Shown: positions 18,142-31,124 of the stretch, one piece after another
How the letters are laid out: each line of letters begins with the position of its first letter
How positions within the stretch are numbered: the stretch's first letter is position 1
Assembly (NCBI GenBank): GCA_035463315.1
Contig: DATHTJ010000046.1
Span: 1-54,937 of the forward strand
Direction: 5' to 3'
Origin: Pseudonocardiaceae bacterium
Lineage (GTDB): Bacteria; Actinomycetota; Actinomycetes; Mycobacteriales; Pseudonocardiaceae
Length of the DNA stretch: 54,937 nt
Program-made: the position numbers and the translations under genes
Notes under the pieces: model-generated
The model's database searches: none
Told to the model about the DNA's origin: nothing
The model's input: the letters and a program-made list of their open reading frames with translations, nothing else

Positions 18142-19460
18142 TAGCGCAGGAACCCTTCGTAGTTGCGCTGCATCAGCTGGCTCTCGATCTGCTTCACGGT
18201 GTCCAGCCCGACGCCCACCATGATCAGCACAGCGGTGCCGCCGAAGGGGAAGTTCTGGTTCTGTCCACTACCGGTCAGATCGAGGAACAAGTTGGGCAGC
18301 ACGGCGACGGTGCCCAGGTATAGCGACCCGGGCAGGGTGATGCGGTTCAGTACGAAGCCCAGGTACTCGGCGGTCGGGCGTCCCGGCCGGATGCCGGGGA
18401 TGAACCCGCCGAACTTCTTCATCTCCTCGGCGCGTTCTTCCGGGTTGAACGTGATCGCCACGTAGAAATAAGTGAAGAAGATAATCATCAAGAAGTACAG
18501 CGAGATGTGCACCCAGCTGGACTGATCCACCAGGTAGCGGCTGACGAAGGTCTGCCACCACCCCTGCTGGCCGGTGGGCGAGGTGGTCAGCCGCGCGATG
18601 AGATCGGGCAGGTAGAGCAACGACGACCCGAAGATGACCGGAATGACGCCGGCTTGGTTCACCTTCAGCGGCAGGTAGGTCGAGGTGCCGCCGTACATCC
18701 GGCGGCCGATCATCCGTTTGGCGTACTGCACGGGGATCCGTCGCTGGCCCTGCTCGACGAACACCACGCTGGCGATGATCGCCAAACCGAAAAAGCACAC
18801 GAACACGAAGACCAGCGGACCGTTCTGGTCCAGGATGTTCTTGCCCTCCGCGGGGATGCGCGCGGCGATCGAAGTGAAGATCAACAGCGACATACCGTTG
18901 CCGATGCCCCGCTCGGTGATCAGCTCACCCAGCCACATCACCACGCCGGTGCCAGCGGTCATCACCATGACGATGACGACCAGGTTGAACACCGACTCGT
19001 CGGGGATGGGCGGCAGCGTGCAGTCGGAGAACAGCTGACCTCGCACCGCCAGCGCCACGATGCCGGTGGCCTGCAGAACCGCCAGCGCGATCGTCAGGTA
19101 ACGGGTGTACTGGGTGAGCTTGTTCTGGCCGGGCTGCCCCTCCTTCTTCAGCTGCTCGAAACGGGGAATCACCACGGTGAGCAACTGAACGATGATGCTC
19201 GCGGTGATGTAGGGCATGATCCCCAGTGCGAACACCGCCAGCTGCAACAGCGCCCCACCACTGAACAGGTTGATCAGCGAGTAAATGTTCTGGTTGTCAC
19301 CGCGCTGCACCTGGTCGAGGCACTGCTGGATATTGACGTAGGAGACCCCCGGTGAGGGCAACGTGGCGCCGATCCGGTAGATCACCACCATGCCGAGGGT
19401 AAACAGGATCTTGCGGCGCAGATCCGGCGTCGCGAGGGCCGAGCGGAAGGCGCCGAGCAC
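18141..19460 (-). CDS. secY: Preprotein translocase subunit SecY
   Basis: VLGAFRSALATPDLRRKILFTLGMVVIYRIG...GIMPYITASIIVQLL. The start was trimmed to GTG 19460, which has a GGAGG upstream. The ORF track extends to 19568. Confidence 0.95.
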   Translation of the reverse strand: MLGAFRSALATPDLRRKILFTLGMVVIYRIGATLPSPGVSYVNIQQCLDQVQRGDNQNIYSLINLFSGGALLQLAVFALGIMPYITASIIVQLLTVVIPRFEQLKKEGQPGQNKLTQYTRYLTIALAVLQATGIVALAVRGQLFSDCTLPPIPDESVFNLVVIVMVMTAGTGVVMWLGELITERGIGNGMSLLIFTSIAARIPAEGKNILDQNGPLVFVFVCFFGLAIIASVVFVEQGQRRIPVQYAKRMIGRRMYGGTSTYLPLKVNQAGVIPVIFGSSLLYLPDLIARLTTSPTGQQGWWQTFVSRYLVDQSSWVHISLYFLMIIFFTYFYVAITFNPEERAEEMKKFGGFIPGIRPGRPTAEYLGFVLNRITLPGSLYLGTVAVLPNLFLDLTGSGQNQNFPFGGTAVLIMVGVGLDTVKQIESQLMQRNYEGFLR

Positions 19461-19648
19461 TCCTACCTCCTGGGCACGGCCGCAGTGAGGCCGTCGATCG
19501 TGGGCCGGCGGTCGCACCACCGGGGGCGGCGACCGGGCGATGCAGGGGCACATGACGGCGCGGGCCAACCAGCTTGCCCGCGCGCTCCGACCGACTGTAA
19601 CAGCAGGGCACGACTGTCATAACAGAGCCCGTCAGGGTAGGACGCCGC

Positions 19649-20092
19649 CTACAGCTCAGTGCTGCTGCCGCCCGCTGCGGCAATCTTGTCCCGCGCGGAA
19701 CCGGAGAATGCCTGGGCGCTGACCTGCAGCGCCACCCCACCGAGGTCACCGTTACCGAGCACCTTCACCGGCAGTCCCTTGCGCACCGCACCGAGAGTCA
19801 CCAGCTCCTCCGGCCCTACGGTTCCCCCGTCAGGGAACAGCCGGGCCAGGTCACCGACGTTGACCACCTGGTACTCGGTACGAAACCGGTTGCGGAAACC
19901 CTTGAGCTTGGGCAGCCGCATGTGGATCGGCATCTGCCCGCCCTCGAAACCAGCAGGCACGTTCTTGCGGGCCTTGGTTCCCTTGGTACCTCGCCCCGCG
20001 GTCTTGCCCTTGGACGCCCCGCCCCGACCGACCCGCATCTTGGCGGTCTTCGCGCCGACGGCCGGACGCAGATGGTGGACCTTGATCGTCAC
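19649..20092 (-). CDS. rplO: 50S ribosomal protein L15
   Basis: [38 protein letters not shown], and spc operon order. Confidence 0.96.
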   Translation of the reverse strand: MTIKVHHLRPAVGAKTAKMRVGRGGASKGKTAGRGTKGTKARKNVPAGFEGGQMPIHMRLPKLKGFRNRFRTEYQVVNVGDLARLFPDGGTVGPEELVTLGAVRKGLPVKVLGNGDLGGVALQVSAQAFSGSARDKIAAAGGSSTEL

Positions 20093-20274
20093 TTCGAGTC
20101 GACCTCCTCCACCGCTACCAGGTGGCGGACGGTGGCGATCATGCCGCGAACCTGGGAGTTATCCTCTTTGACCACGGACTGTCGGATCTTGCGTAGCCCC
20201 AGCGAACGCAGGGTCTCACGCTGATTGCGCAGGCTGCCGATCGTGCTCCGAGTCTGGGTGATCCTCAGTGCCAT
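20089..20274 (-). CDS. rpmD: 50S ribosomal protein L30
   Basis: [30 protein letters not shown]. The start was trimmed to ATG 20274. Confidence 0.95.
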   Translation of the reverse strand: MALRITQTRSTIGSLRNQRETLRSLGLRKIRQSVVKEDNSQVRGMIATVRHLVAVEEVDSK

Positions 20275-20275
20275 G

Positions 20276-20884
20276 TCATACCCCCTGTGCGGCACGTGCC
20301 CGCAACATGCCGGCCGGAGCCACGTCCTCCAGCGGCAGGCCGCGCCGCGCGGCCACCTCCTCAGGACGCTGCAGCCCCTTCAGCGCTGCCACCGTGGCGT
20401 GCACGATGTTGATCGCATTATCGCTGCCCAGCGACTTGGACAGCACGTCATGCACGCCTGCGCACTCCAGTACCGCGCGCACCGGGCCGCCTGCGATAAC
20501 CCCGGTACCAGGAGACGCAGGGCGGAGCAGCACGACGCCGGCCGCAGCCTCGCCGGTGATCGGATGCGGGATGGTGCTGCCGATCCGGGGCACCCGGAAG
20601 AAGTTCTTCTTGGCTTCCTCCACGCCTTTCTGGATGGCCGCCGGCACCTCCTTGGCCTTTCCGTAACCGACACCGACCATGCCGTCACCGTCGCCTACCA
20701 CGACCAGCGCAGTAAAGCTGAAACGCCGACCACCCTTGACGACCTTGGCCACGCGGTTGATCGCGACCACGCGCTCTAGATGCGGGCTCTTCTCCTGTTG
20801 GGGCGCCCCACCGCGACCGCCGTCCCGGCGGTCCCGACGATCGCTGCGCTCGCCGCCGCCTTCCCGCCGCATGCGTCCAGGCAT
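20276..20884 (-). CDS. rpsE: 30S ribosomal protein S5
   Basis: [50 protein letters not shown]. Confidence 0.97.
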   Translation of the reverse strand: MPGRMRREGGGERSDRRDRRDGGRGGAPQQEKSPHLERVVAINRVAKVVKGGRRFSFTALVVVGDGDGMVGVGYGKAKEVPAAIQKGVEEAKKNFFRVPRIGSTIPHPITGEAAAGVVLLRPASPGTGVIAGGPVRAVLECAGVHDVLSKSLGSDNAINIVHATVAALKGLQRPEEVAARRGLPLEDVAPAGMLRARAAQGV

Positions 20885-20955
20885 CAGGCGTTCCTTCCGT
20901 TGCTCGCGTGCTGCTGCTCGTCGTGTCCGGCGTGCTGTCCAGTATTCGTCATCCG

Positions 20956-21369
20956 TCAGAACTCCAGGCCAGCACCGCGGGCGGCGTCGGCCAGCACCGC
21001 GATCCGACCGTGGTAGTCGTGCCCACCGCGGTCGAAGACCACCCGATCCACGCCGACCGCCTTGGCCCGGGCGGCAATCAGCTCGCCGACCTTGGCCGCC
21101 CTGGCCTTCTTGTCCCCGTCCATGGCGCGAACGTCCGGCTCGATACTGGACGCCGCGGCCAGGGTATGCCCGGCCACGTCGTCCACCAGCTGCACGGCGA
21201 TGTGCCGGGACGAGCGGTTGACCACCAGGCGCGGGCGCTCTGGCGAACCGCTGATCCTCTTGCGCAGCCGGTGGTGCCGCCGCAGCCGGGCCAGCCGGCG
21301 TTGGGTCGAGACGTCCACACCGACCCGCGGCCGCCTCGTCACAGTAGTCGCTGCCTCAGCCATGATCAC
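20956..21369 (-). CDS. rplR: 50S ribosomal protein L18
   Basis: [34 protein letters not shown]...[23 protein letters not shown]. The exact start (21369 or 21363) is uncertain. Confidence 0.95.
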   Translation of the reverse strand: MIMAEAATTVTRRPRVGVDVSTQRRLARLRRHHRLRKRISGSPERPRLVVNRSSRHIAVQLVDDVAGHTLAAASSIEPDVRAMDGDKKARAAKVGELIAARAKAVGVDRVVFDRGGHDYHGRIAVLADAARGAGLEF

Positions 21370-21905
21370 TTACCTGTCTTCCCGACCTTGCGCCGGATCT
21401 TCTCGCCCGCGTAGCGCACACCCTTGCCCTTGTACGGATCAGGGCGGCGCAACTTGCGAATGGTCGCCGCGACCTCGCCGACGGTCTCTTTCCTGATACC
21501 TGCCACGGAGAACCGCGTCGGGCTGTCCACCGTGAAGGTGATGCCGTCGGGCGCAGCGACGGGCACCGGGTGGCTGTAGCCCAGCGAGAACTCCAAATCC
21601 GAGCCCTTGAGCACCACTCGGTAACCGACGCCGTGGATCTCCATCCGTTTCTCATAGCCCTGGCTGACCCCGATGACCATGTTGTTCACCAGCGTCCGGG
21701 ACAGCCCGTGCAGTGACTTGCTCCGTCGCTCGTCGTCGGGTCGCTGGACCAGCAGAGTGCCGTCCTGCGCCCGCTGCACGGTGATCGGCTCGGGCACAGT
21801 GTGCGACAGGGTGCCCTTGGGCCCCCGCACCGTCACGGTGCGCCCGTCGATGGCCACATCGACCCCGGCAGGCACCGTGATCGGCTGCTTCCCGATGCGC
21901 GACAT
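21366..21905 (-). CDS. rplF: 50S ribosomal protein L6
   Basis: [33 protein letters not shown]. The start was trimmed to ATG 21905. Confidence 0.96.
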   Translation of the reverse strand: MSRIGKQPITVPAGVDVAIDGRTVTVRGPKGTLSHTVPEPITVQRAQDGTLLVQRPDDERRSKSLHGLSRTLVNNMVIGVSQGYEKRMEIHGVGYRVVLKGSDLEFSLGYSHPVPVAAPDGITFTVDSPTRFSVAGIRKETVGEVAATIRKLRRPDPYKGKGVRYAGEKIRRKVGKTGK

Positions 21906-21921
21906 CTCGTCTGCTCCCCTC

Positions 21922-22320
21922 TCACCAGACGAAGGCGAGGACTTCCCCGCCCACCCGTCGTTTGGCGGCCTGCCGATCGGTGAGCAGCCCGGTGGACGTG
22001 GAGATGATCGCCACCCCCAGGCCACCGAGCACCTTGGGTAGCGACGTCGACTTCGCGTACACCCGCAGGCCGGGTTTGGACACCCGGCGTAGGCCAGCGA
22101 TGCTGCGCTCCCGGTTCGGGCCAAACTTCAGATCGACCACCAGGGACTTACCCACAGCTGCGTCCTCGGTGTGGAAGCCCGAGATATAGCCCTCCCGCTG
22201 GAGAATCTCGGCGATATTCACCTTGATCTTAGAATGCGGCATCACGACCCGGTCGTGATAGGCCGAGTTCGCGTTGCGCAGACGGGTCAGCATGTCTGCG
22301 ATCGGGTCGGTCATCGTCAT
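21922..22320 (-). CDS. rpsH: 30S ribosomal protein S8
   Basis: [33 protein letters not shown]. Confidence 0.97.
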   Translation of the reverse strand: MTMTDPIADMLTRLRNANSAYHDRVVMPHSKIKVNIAEILQREGYISGFHTEDAAVGKSLVVDLKFGPNRERSIAGLRRVSKPGLRVYAKSTSLPKVLGGLGVAIISTSTGLLTDRQAAKRRVGGEVLAFVW

Positions 22321-22329
22321 ATCGACCTC

Positions 22330-22515
22330 CTACCAGCTGCTCTTGCTGACGCCGGGCAGCTCGCCGCGGTGAGCCATCTCGCGCAGGCAGATCCGGCACA
22401 GCCCGAACTTCCGATACACCGCCTTGGGGCGCCCGCAGCGCTGGCAGCGGGTGTATGCCCGTACCGCGAACTTCGGCTTGCGCGCGGCCTTGATAATCAG
22501 CGCCTTCTTCGCCAT
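22330..22515 (-). CDS. rpsN: 30S ribosomal protein S14, short zinc-ribbon (type Z) form
   Basis: 61 aa, [30 protein letters not shown]...[22 protein letters not shown], with CxxC...CxxC. Confidence 0.96.
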   Translation of the reverse strand: MAKKALIIKAARKPKFAVRAYTRCQRCGRPKAVYRKFGLCRICLREMAHRGELPGVSKSSW

Positions 22516-23078
22516 CAGCTCTCCTTGAAGGGGAAGCCCAGACGACGCAGCAGCGCCCGGCCCTCCTCGTCGGTGGTCGCGGAGGTGACCACGGTGATAT
22601 CCATGCCGCGCTGGCGGTCGATACTGTCCGGATTGATCTCGTGGAACATCGACTGCTCGTTGAGCCCGAAAGTGTAGTTACCGTTACCGTCGAACTGGGT
22701 CGGCGACAGACCACGAAAGTCCCGGATACGGGGCAGCGCGATCGTCAGCAAGCGGTCCAGGAACTCCCACATCCGATTGCCACGCAGGGTCACCTTGGCG
22801 CCGATCGGCATCCCCTCGCGCAGCTTGAACTGAGCGACGGATTTGCGGGCGCGCTTCACCTGCGGCTTCTGGCCAGTGATCGTCGACAGGTCGCGCACGG
22901 CACCGTCCATCAGCTTGGCGTCCCGGGCGGCTTCGCCGACACCCATGTTCACGACGACCTTCACCACTCTGGGTATCTGCATCGGGTTGGGGTAGCTGAA
23001 CTGCTCGCGCAACGCGACGGCGATCTCCTCGCGGTACCGGGCCTTCAGCCTGGGCACCGTCACCTCTACGGTCGTCAT
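22515..23078 (-). CDS. rplE: 50S ribosomal protein L5
   Basis: [10 protein letters not shown]...[25 protein letters not shown]. The start was trimmed to ATG 23078. Confidence 0.96.
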   Translation of the reverse strand: MTTVEVTVPRLKARYREEIAVALREQFSYPNPMQIPRVVKVVVNMGVGEAARDAKLMDGAVRDLSTITGQKPQVKRARKSVAQFKLREGMPIGAKVTLRGNRMWEFLDRLLTIALPRIRDFRGLSPTQFDGNGNYTFGLNEQSMFHEINPDSIDRQRGMDITVVTSATTDEEGRALLRRLGFPFKES

Positions 23079-23079
23079 C

Positions 23080-23394
23080 TCAGATGTCCTTGCCGCTGCG
23101 CCGCGACACGCGCACGCGCTTGCCCTCGTCATCAGTGCGGTAGCCCACCCTGGCCGGCTTGCCGTCGGAGTCAACGACCATGACGTTCGAGACGTCGATG
23201 GTGGCCTCCTGCGTGACGATCCCGCCGCTCTGCGCACCGCGCTGGGTGCGGCTGATCCGGGTGTGCTTCTTGATCCGGTTGATGCCCTCGACGAGCACCC
23301 GACCGGTGTCCGGGTAAGCCTGGATCACCCGGCCCTTGGCGCCCTTGTCCTTGCCGGCGATGACCAGGACCGTGTCGCCCTTGCGAACTCTCAT
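23080..23394 (-). CDS. rplX: 50S ribosomal protein L24
   Basis: [28 protein letters not shown]. Confidence 0.96.
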   Translation of the reverse strand: MRVRKGDTVLVIAGKDKGAKGRVIQAYPDTGRVLVEGINRIKKHTRISRTQRGAQSGGIVTQEATIDVSNVMVVDSDGKPARVGYRTDDEGKRVRVSRRSGKDI

Positions 23395-23396
23395 CG

Positions 23397-23765
23397 CTAC
23401 AGCACCTCCGGGGCCAACGATATGATCTTCATGAATCGCTTGTCTCGCAGCTCCCGACCCACCGGGCCGAAGATCCGGGTACCGCGCGGCTCGCCGTCCG
23501 GCTTGATCAGTACCGCAGCGTTCTCGTCGAACCGAATGTAGGAACCGTCTGGGCGGCGCTTCTCCTTGACGGTGCGCACGATGACAGCCTTGACCACGTC
23601 GCCCCGCTTGACATTGGCGCCGGGAATGGCTTCCTTGACGGTCGCCACAATGATGTCCCCGATGCCGGCGTAGCGGCGCGAGCTACCGCCGAGCACCCGG
23701 ATGCACAAGATCTCCTTGGCGCCCGTGTTGTCGGCGACCCGCAGTCGCGACTCCTGCTGGATCAC
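23397..23765 (-). CDS. rplN: 50S ribosomal protein L14
   Basis: [37 protein letters not shown]. Confidence 0.98.
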   Translation of the reverse strand: MIQQESRLRVADNTGAKEILCIRVLGGSSRRYAGIGDIIVATVKEAIPGANVKRGDVVKAVIVRTVKEKRRPDGSYIRFDENAAVLIKPDGEPRGTRIFGPVGRELRDKRFMKIISLAPEVL

Positions 23766-23826
23766 GTCAACTCCTTCTCGCGCCTCAGGGTCTCGCTACA
23801 CCCGTCCAGTGCTACCGCGCAGTCGA

Positions 23827-24171
23827 TCACTTGGCCTTCTCGAGGATCTGGACCAACCGCCAGCGCTTGGTCGCCGACAGGGGGCGGGTCTCCATCAACA
23901 ACACCCGATCGCCGACACCCGCGCTATTCGCCTCGTCATGCGCCTTCACCTTGGTGGTGGATCGCATCACCTTGCCATACAGCGGGTGCTTCTTGCGGTC
24001 CTCAAGCGCCACCACGACCGTCTTGTCCATCTTGTCCGAGACGACGTAACCTTCGCGGACCTTTCGCTGATTTCGCCCTTGTGGCTGGGTCGGCTGGTGA
24101 CGCTTGGCGGGCGCGGTGTCAATACCCGCGGCGCTCGTGTCAGCGGAACCCATGCCCACGGTCTCGCTCAT
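23827..24171 (-). CDS. rpsQ: 30S ribosomal protein S17 (with an N-terminal extension)
   Basis: [42 protein letters not shown]. An ATGA overlap joins it to rpmC. Confidence 0.93.
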   Translation of the reverse strand: MSETVGMGSADTSAAGIDTAPAKRHQPTQPQGRNQRKVREGYVVSDKMDKTVVVALEDRKKHPLYGKVMRSTTKVKAHDEANSAGVGDRVLLMETRPLSATKRWRLVQILEKAK

Positions 24172-24416
24172 GCCGCACCCTCACTTCCCGCAATGGCGTC
24201 CGGAGACACCGAAAGACCCAGCTCACGCTCGCGCATCACGGTGTAGATGCGAGCAATATCGTGCCGGACAGTGCGCAACCGTCGGTTGTTGTCCATCTGT
24301 CCGGTGGCCATCTGGAAGCGCAGGTTGAACAGCTCCTCCTTGGCTTCGCGCAGCCGCAGCACCAGCTCGTCGTCGGTGAGCTCGCGCAGTTCACTCGCAG
24401 CGGTGGTGGCTGCCAT
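24168..24416 (-). CDS. rpmC: 50S ribosomal protein L29
   Basis: [32 protein letters not shown]. The start was trimmed to ATG 24416, which overlaps the rplP stop. Confidence 0.94.
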   Translation of the reverse strand: MAATTAASELRELTDDELVLRLREAKEELFNLRFQMATGQMDNNRRLRTVRHDIARIYTVMRERELGLSVSPDAIAGSEGAA

Positions 24417-24835
24417 TAGAAGTCCACCCCCTCGCGGGTCACGATCCGGCACTTCATCGGCAACTTGTGGATCGCACGACGCAGCGCCTCGCGGGCCACC
24501 GTCTCGTTGGGGTAGGCCATCTCGAACATGATCCGCCCCGGCTTGACGTTGGCCACCCAGTACTCAGGCGAGCCCTTGCCAGACCCCATCCGGGTCTCCG
24601 CAGGCTTCTTGGTCAGCGGACGATCCGGGAAGATGGTGATCCAGACCTTACCGCCACGACGGATATGCCGGTTGATCGCGATACGAGCGGACTCGATCTG
24701 CCGGTTGGTCACGTAGGCCGACTCCAGAGCCTGAATCCCGTAGTCCCCAAAGGTGATCTGAGTGCCGCCGGTAGCCATACCCGAACGACCAGGTGAATGC
24801 TGCTTGCGGTGCTTGACCTTGCGTGGGACGAGCAC
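24416..24835 (-). CDS. rplP: 50S ribosomal protein L16
   Basis: [38 protein letters not shown]. Confidence 0.98.
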   Translation of the reverse strand: MLVPRKVKHRKQHSPGRSGMATGGTQITFGDYGIQALESAYVTNRQIESARIAINRHIRRGGKVWITIFPDRPLTKKPAETRMGSGKGSPEYWVANVKPGRIMFEMAYPNETVAREALRRAIHKLPMKCRIVTREGVDF

Positions 24836-24838
24836 GTC

Positions 24839-26256
<1,418 letters not shown>

Positions 26257-26302
26257 GCGCTGCTACCTCTTCGTCTCTCTGATTCATCGCTGCTGAACCG
26301 CT

Positions 26303-26584
26303 CTAGCGGCGCCGGGCCCGCCGGTCGTCCTTGACGTGTCCCCGGAACGTGCGGGTCGGGGCGAACTCACCAAGCTTGTGACCGACCATCGCCTCGGTGA
26401 TGAACACCGGGACGTGCTTGCGCCCATCGTGCACCGCGATGGTGTGGCCGATCATGTCGGGGATGACCGTGGAGCGGCGCGACCAGGTTCTGATGACCTG
26501 CTTGCTACCGGCCTCGTTGTGCGCATCCACCTTCTTAAGCAGGTGGTCATCGATGAACGGGCCCTTTTTCAGGCTGCGTGGCAT
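26303..26584 (-). CDS. rpsS: 30S ribosomal protein S19
   Basis: [24 protein letters not shown]...[16 protein letters not shown]. Confidence 0.98.
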   Translation of the reverse strand: MPRSLKKGPFIDDHLLKKVDAHNEAGSKQVIRTWSRRSTVIPDMIGHTIAVHDGRKHVPVFITEAMVGHKLGEFAPTRTFRGHVKDDRRARRR

Positions 26585-26600
26585 TGTTCCTCCCTCCTGC

Positions 26601-27434
26601 TCAGCGCTTCTTGCCGGTGCGGCGACGGCGGACGATCAGCTTGTCGCTAGGCTGACGACGCCGGGTGCGGCCTTCGGGCTTGCCCGCCGGGTTCACCGGG
26701 TGGCGCCCACCGGAGGTCTTGCCCTCACCACCACCATGTGGGTGGTCAACCGGGTTCATCACCACACCGCGAACCGTGGGGCGCTTTCCCTTCCAGCGCA
26801 TCCGGCCAGCCTTGCCCCAGTTGATGTTGCCCTGTTCGGAATTTCCCACCTCGCCCACCGTGGCGCGACACCGGACATCGACATTGCGGATCTCGCCCGA
26901 CGGCATCCGCAGTTGGCCGTACGGTCCGTCCTTGGCCACCAGCTGGACCCGCGCACCGGCCGAGCGGGCGATCTTCGCGCCACCACCGGGTCGGAGCTCG
27001 ATGGCGTGCACCACCGTGCCGACCGGGATGTTGCGCAGCGGCAGGTTGTTGCCCGGCTTGATGTCGGCCTTCGGGCCGTTCTCCACCGTATCGCCCTGGC
27101 GTAGCTTCTCCGGGGCAATGATGTATCGCTTCTCGCCGTCGACGTAGTGCAGCAGCGCGATCCGCGCGGTGCGGTTCGGGTCGTACTCGATGTGCGCGAC
27201 CTTGGCCGGCACACCGTCCTTGTCGGCCCGCCGGAAATCGATCAGACGGTAGGCGCGCTTATGCCCGCCACCCTGATGCCGAGTCGTGATCCGGCCGTGG
27301 ACGTTACGACCGCCCCTGCTGTGCAGCGGGCGAACCAGTGACTTCTCCGGGTGGCTTCGGGTGATCTCGGCGAAGTCGGAGACGCTGGAGCCGCGGCGAC
27401 CCGAGGTCGTCGGCTTGTACTTGCGGATGCCCAT
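26601..27434 (-). CDS. rplB: 50S ribosomal protein L2
   Basis: [21 protein letters not shown]...[15 protein letters not shown]. Confidence 0.98.
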   Translation of the reverse strand: MGIRKYKPTTSGRRGSSVSDFAEITRSHPEKSLVRPLHSRGGRNVHGRITTRHQGGGHKRAYRLIDFRRADKDGVPAKVAHIEYDPNRTARIALLHYVDGEKRYIIAPEKLRQGDTVENGPKADIKPGNNLPLRNIPVGTVVHAIELRPGGGAKIARSAGARVQLVAKDGPYGQLRMPSGEIRNVDVRCRATVGEVGNSEQGNINWGKAGRMRWKGKRPTVRGVVMNPVDHPHGGGEGKTSGGRHPVNPAGKPEGRTRRRQPSDKLIVRRRRTGKKR

Positions 27435-27462
27435 GTGGTAGCCCAGTTCCTTTGGTGACCGC

Positions 27463-27762
27463 TCAGGCGGCCGGTCCGCCGAAGATCTCGATCGACTTGC
27501 TCTCCGCGGATAGCGTCACGATCGCCCGCTTGGTGTCCTTACGCTTGCCGTACCCGAACCTGGTGCGCTTGCGCTTGCCCGGGCGGTTGAGGGTGTTGAC
27601 GCTGACCACCTGCACGCCGAATACCTTCTCGACCGCGATCTTGATCTCAGTCTTGTTGGCATGCGGCGCGACCACGAAGGTGTACTTGTTCTTCTCCAGC
27701 AGCCCGTAGCTCTTCTCCGAGATAACCGGCTTGAGGATCACGTCACGGGGGTCGGGGATCAT
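27463..27762 (-). CDS. rplW: 50S ribosomal protein L23
   Basis: [40 protein letters not shown]. Confidence 0.96.
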   Translation of the reverse strand: MIPDPRDVILKPVISEKSYGLLEKNKYTFVVAPHANKTEIKIAVEKVFGVQVVSVNTLNRPGKRKRTRFGYGKRKDTKRAIVTLSAESKSIEIFGGPAA

Positions 27763-28421
27763 CGACCTTCCTCCCTCACCGTAGTAGTGCTGCGTCCGGC
27801 CAGGAATGCCTGCAGCGCATCGGCGGTGAACACGACCTCGTCGTTGACCAGCACGTCGTAGGTGTTGAGCTGGTCAGGGGTCAGCACGTGCACCGACGGG
27901 AGGTTGCGCACGCTGCGACGGGCCACCTCATCGGCGCGACTGAGCACCACCAGCAGCCGGGTACCTGGGCCCCGGTCAACAAGCCCTTCCAAGACCTTGC
28001 GAGCCGTCTTGGTCGACGGGGCGTCACCGGAGACCAGCCCGGAGACCACGTGTACCCGTCCATCCCGGGCCCGGTCGGATAGCGCACCACGGAGCGCGGC
28101 AACCTTCATCTTCTTCGGGGTGCGCTGGCTGTAGTCCCGCGGCGTGGGGCCGTGCACGATGCCGCCGCCGGTGAACTGGGGGGCCCGGATCGAACCCTGA
28201 CGGGCCCGCCCGGTGCCCTTCTGCCGGTAGGGCTTGCTGCCCCCACCGCTGACCTCACCCCGGGTCTTGGTGTCATGCGTACCCTGCCGCGCCGCGGCCA
28301 GCTGGGCAACCACGACCTGGTGCATCAGCGGAATGTTCGCGGGCACATCGAAGATCTCGGCGGGCAGTTCGGCAGTACCGGCTATATCCCCTTCGGGGGT
28401 CCGGATGTCGATCGTGCTCAC
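27759..28421 (-). CDS. rplD: 50S ribosomal protein L4
   Basis: [56 protein letters not shown]. Confidence 0.97.
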   Translation of the reverse strand: MSTIDIRTPEGDIAGTAELPAEIFDVPANIPLMHQVVVAQLAAARQGTHDTKTRGEVSGGGSKPYRQKGTGRARQGSIRAPQFTGGGIVHGPTPRDYSQRTPKKMKVAALRGALSDRARDGRVHVVSGLVSGDAPSTKTARKVLEGLVDRGPGTRLLVVLSRADEVARRSVRNLPSVHVLTPDQLNTYDVLVNDEVVFTADALQAFLAGRSTTTVREEGR

Positions 28422-29098
28422 TGCTGTGCACCACCCTTCGCAGCGGTCTTGACCAGCAGCAGGCCGCCCTTCGGGCCGGGCAGCGCACCCTTGATCAGCA
28501 ATAGCCCGGACTTGGTGTCAACCCGGTGCACGGTGAGGTTCTGGGTGGTGACCCGGACGTTGCCCATCCGGCCGGCCATCCGAGTGCCCTTGAACACCCG
28601 ACTCGGCGTGGCGCAACCGCCGATCGAACCCGGTGACCGGTGCTTGCGCTGGGTGCCGTGGCTGGCCCCGAGACCACGGAAACCGTGCCGCTTCATCACG
28701 CCTGCGGTGCCCTTGCCCTTGCTGGTGCCGACCACGTCGACCACGGCCCCGGCGGCGAACACCTCGACGGTGACCTCCTGGCCGACCTCGTAGTCCGCGG
28801 CGTCGGCAGTGCGCAGCTCGACCAGGTGGCGCCGCGGTGTGATCCCGGTCGCGGCGTAATGCCCGGCCACCGGCTTGGTCACCTTGCGCGGATCCACCGC
28901 GCCGAAGGCCAGCTGCACAGCGGTATAGCCGTCCTTCTCCGGGGTGCGAATCCTGGTCACCACGCAGGGCCCGGCCGCCACCACGGTGACCGGAACGATC
29001 CTGTTGTTCTCGTCGAAGACCTGGGTCATCCCGAGCTTGGTGCCCAGTATTCCCCTCACGGCCCTCATGCCCTGATGCTCCGAATCAGTCGCTGTCAT
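28418..29098 (-). CDS. rplC: 50S ribosomal protein L3
   Basis: [28 protein letters not shown] 29068 (MRAVRGILG...) is an equally plausible start. Confidence 0.95.
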   Translation of the reverse strand: MTATDSEHQGMRAVRGILGTKLGMTQVFDENNRIVPVTVVAAGPCVVTRIRTPEKDGYTAVQLAFGAVDPRKVTKPVAGHYAATGITPRRHLVELRTADAADYEVGQEVTVEVFAAGAVVDVVGTSKGKGTAGVMKRHGFRGLGASHGTQRKHRSPGSIGGCATPSRVFKGTRMAGRMGNVRVTTQNLTVHRVDTKSGLLLIKGALPGPKGGLLLVKTAAKGGAQQ

Positions 29099-29107
29099 CT
29101 CCCGGCC

Positions 29108-29413
29108 TTACTGAATGTTGACGTCGACGCTGGCCGGCAGATCGATGCGCATCAGCGCGTCCACCGTCTTGGGCGTGGGGTCGAGGATGTCGATCAGCCG
29201 CTTGTGCGTGCGCATCTCGAAGTGCTCCCGCGAGTCCTTGTATTTGTGCGGCGAGCGGATGACGCAGTACACATTCTTCTCGGTCGGCAGCGGCACCGGC
29301 CCGACGACCCGAGCGCCGGTGCGCGTCACGGTCTCGACGATCTTGCGCGCGGACGCGTCTATTGCCTCGTGGTCGTAGGCCTTGAGCCGGATGCGGATCT
29401 TCTGTCCCGCCAT
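29108..29413 (-). CDS. rpsJ: 30S ribosomal protein S10
   Basis: [29 protein letters not shown]. The start was trimmed to ATG 29413. The ORF track extends to 29581. Confidence 0.97.
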   Translation of the reverse strand: MAGQKIRIRLKAYDHEAIDASARKIVETVTRTGARVVGPVPLPTEKNVYCVIRSPHKYKDSREHFEMRTHKRLIDILDPTPKTVDALMRIDLPASVDVNIQ

Positions 29414-29662
29414 GGTGGCTTGCCGTCCTGTCAGTCTCGTGCTGCTGGTCTCGTGGTACTGGCCGGGCCTGACCCGGGTGGGGGTCCGCCCCGGGCGCCG
29501 GTCCCCGCGGTCGGGTGTGTCGCGCTCGGGCGCAGACCAGTGCCATGCCGTCCATCCATCCGCAGAAGGCTGTCCGGACACTGTCTAGCGGGAGTCTCTC
29601 GAACGGGCAGCTTGCCGGACCGGAAGCCTGTCAAGCTGACGATCCTGCCGAGCAACCGCTCC

Positions 29663-29691
29663 ATGGTAAGCGACGCGAGATCGCCGACCAA
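29663..29691 (-). promoter_or_regulatory. Candidate sigma-A-type promoter for the S10 operon
   Basis: Minus strand: TTGGTC (29686-29691), a 17-nt spacer, then TACCAT (29663-29668). This implies a leader of about 240 nt. Pattern match only. Confidence 0.3.
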
Positions 29692-29739
29692 ATCCGGGGT
29701 TACTCCGTGAAGCCCCTGGCGACATCCCGCGGAGGAACG

Positions 29740-29773
29740 GTACCTGCCGGCGCCGCTTGGCGCCGGCAGGTAC
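29740..29773 (-). terminator. Hairpin terminator immediately after tuf
   Basis: gtacctgccggcgcc-gctt-ggcgccggcaggtac forms a perfect 15-bp stem 4 nt downstream of the tuf TAA. There is no U-tract, which is common in high-GC actinobacteria. Confidence 0.7.
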
Positions 29774-29777
29774 GTTC

Positions 29778-30971
29778 TTACTTGACGATCTTTGTTACCC
29801 GACCGGCACCGACGGTGCGACCACCTTCGCGGATGGCGAACTTCAAATCCTCGTCCATCGCGATCGGCTGGATGAGCTTGACGGACATCTCGGTGTTGTC
29901 GCCCGGCATGACCATCTCGGTCCCCTCGGGCAGCGTCACGACCCCGGTCACGTCGGTGGTGCGGAAGTAGAACTGCGGACGGTAGTTGTTGAAGAACGGC
30001 GTATGCCGGCCGCCCTCGTCCTTGGACAGGATGTAGACCCGAGCCTCGAACTCGGTGTGCGGGGTGTTGGTGCCGGGCTTGATGACGACCTGCCCGCGCT
30101 CCACATCCTCGCGCTTGATGCCACGAATCAGCAGGCCCACGTTGTCGCCGGCGCGGCCCTGGTCGAGCAGCTTGCGGAACATCTCGACACCGGTGACGGT
30201 GGTCGTCATCGCCTTCTCCTTGATGCCGATGATTTCCACCGCCTCGTTCACATTGATGATGCCGCGCTCGATCCGGCCGGTCACCACGGTGCCGCGACCG
30301 GTGATGGTGAAGACATCCTCGATCGGCATCAGGAACGGCTTGTCGGTCTCACGCACCGGTTCCGGGATGTTCTTGTCCACGGCGTCCATCAGCTCCATGA
30401 GCTTCTGGCCCCACTCATCATCGCCCTCGAGCGCCTTGAGTGCCGACACCCGGACGATCGGCAGGTCGTCACCCGGGTACTCCTGGCTGGACAGCAGCTC
30501 GCGAACCTCGAGCTCGACGAGCTCCATGATCTCCTCGTCGTCGACCATGTCGGCCTTGTTGAGCGCGACGACGATGTAGGGCACACCGACCTGGCGAGCC
30601 AGCAGCACATGCTCGCGGGTCTGCGGCATCGGTCCGTCGGTGGCGGCCACCACGAGGATGGCGCCGTCCATCTGGGCCGCACCGGTGATCATGTTCTTGA
30701 TGTAGTCCGCGTGCCCAGGACAGTCGACGTGGGCATAGTGCCGCTTCTCGGTCTGGTACTCGACGTGTGCGATCGAGATCGTGATACCCCGCTGCTTCTC
30801 CTCAGGGGCCTTGTCGATCTGATCAAACGCCGATGCCTCATTCACGTCCGGGTACTTGTCGTGCAGGACCTTGGTGATCGCTGCGGTCAGCGTGGTCTTG
30901 CCGTGGTCGATGTGACCTATAGTCCCGATGTTGACGTGCGGCTTGGTCCGCTGAAACTTCGCCTTCGCCAC
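29778..30971 (-). CDS. tuf: Elongation factor Tu
   Basis: [32 protein letters not shown]...DCPGHADY...NKAD. Confidence 0.99.
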   Translation of the reverse strand: MAKAKFQRTKPHVNIGTIGHIDHGKTTLTAAITKVLHDKYPDVNEASAFDQIDKAPEEKQRGITISIAHVEYQTEKRHYAHVDCPGHADYIKNMITGAAQMDGAILVVAATDGPMPQTREHVLLARQVGVPYIVVALNKADMVDDEEIMELVELEVRELLSSQEYPGDDLPIVRVSALKALEGDDEWGQKLMELMDAVDKNIPEPVRETDKPFLMPIEDVFTITGRGTVVTGRIERGIINVNEAVEIIGIKEKAMTTTVTGVEMFRKLLDQGRAGDNVGLLIRGIKREDVERGQVVIKPGTNTPHTEFEARVYILSKDEGGRHTPFFNNYRPQFYFRTTDVTGVVTLPEGTEMVMPGDNTEMSVKLIQPIAMDEDLKFAIREGGRTVGAGRVTKIVK

Positions 30972-31124
30972 TGGTCTCGTCCTCCTGGACTCGTTCTCTT
31001 GATCCGCCGGACCGTTGGCGGTCCTGGTGTGGCGGCATGCTGTCAGGGTGGTCTTGGCGGACCTCCAGAGGGGGGCCTCGGTGCCCGCTGCTGCGACTAG
31101 CCGCAGCCGAAGAGGATCACTTCA

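Noticed and set aside
19461-19568. N-terminal extensions suggested by the longest-ORF track for secY. The same applies to rplF, rplE, rpmD, rpmC, rpsJ, rpsL, rplL, rplJ, rplA, nusG, rpmG, coxS, coxM and the SDR at 16611..16715.
   Set aside because: The conserved protein N-termini and well-spaced SD sequences point to internal starts. The extensions overlap upstream genes or spacers and are Arg/Pro-rich read-through.
30972-31124. The fusA-tuf spacer hairpins (ccggaccg...cggtcctgg and gctgcg...cgcagc), considered as a terminator or internal promoter.
   Set aside because: The stems are short or bulged and no promoter-like hexamers were found, so the evidence is insufficient.
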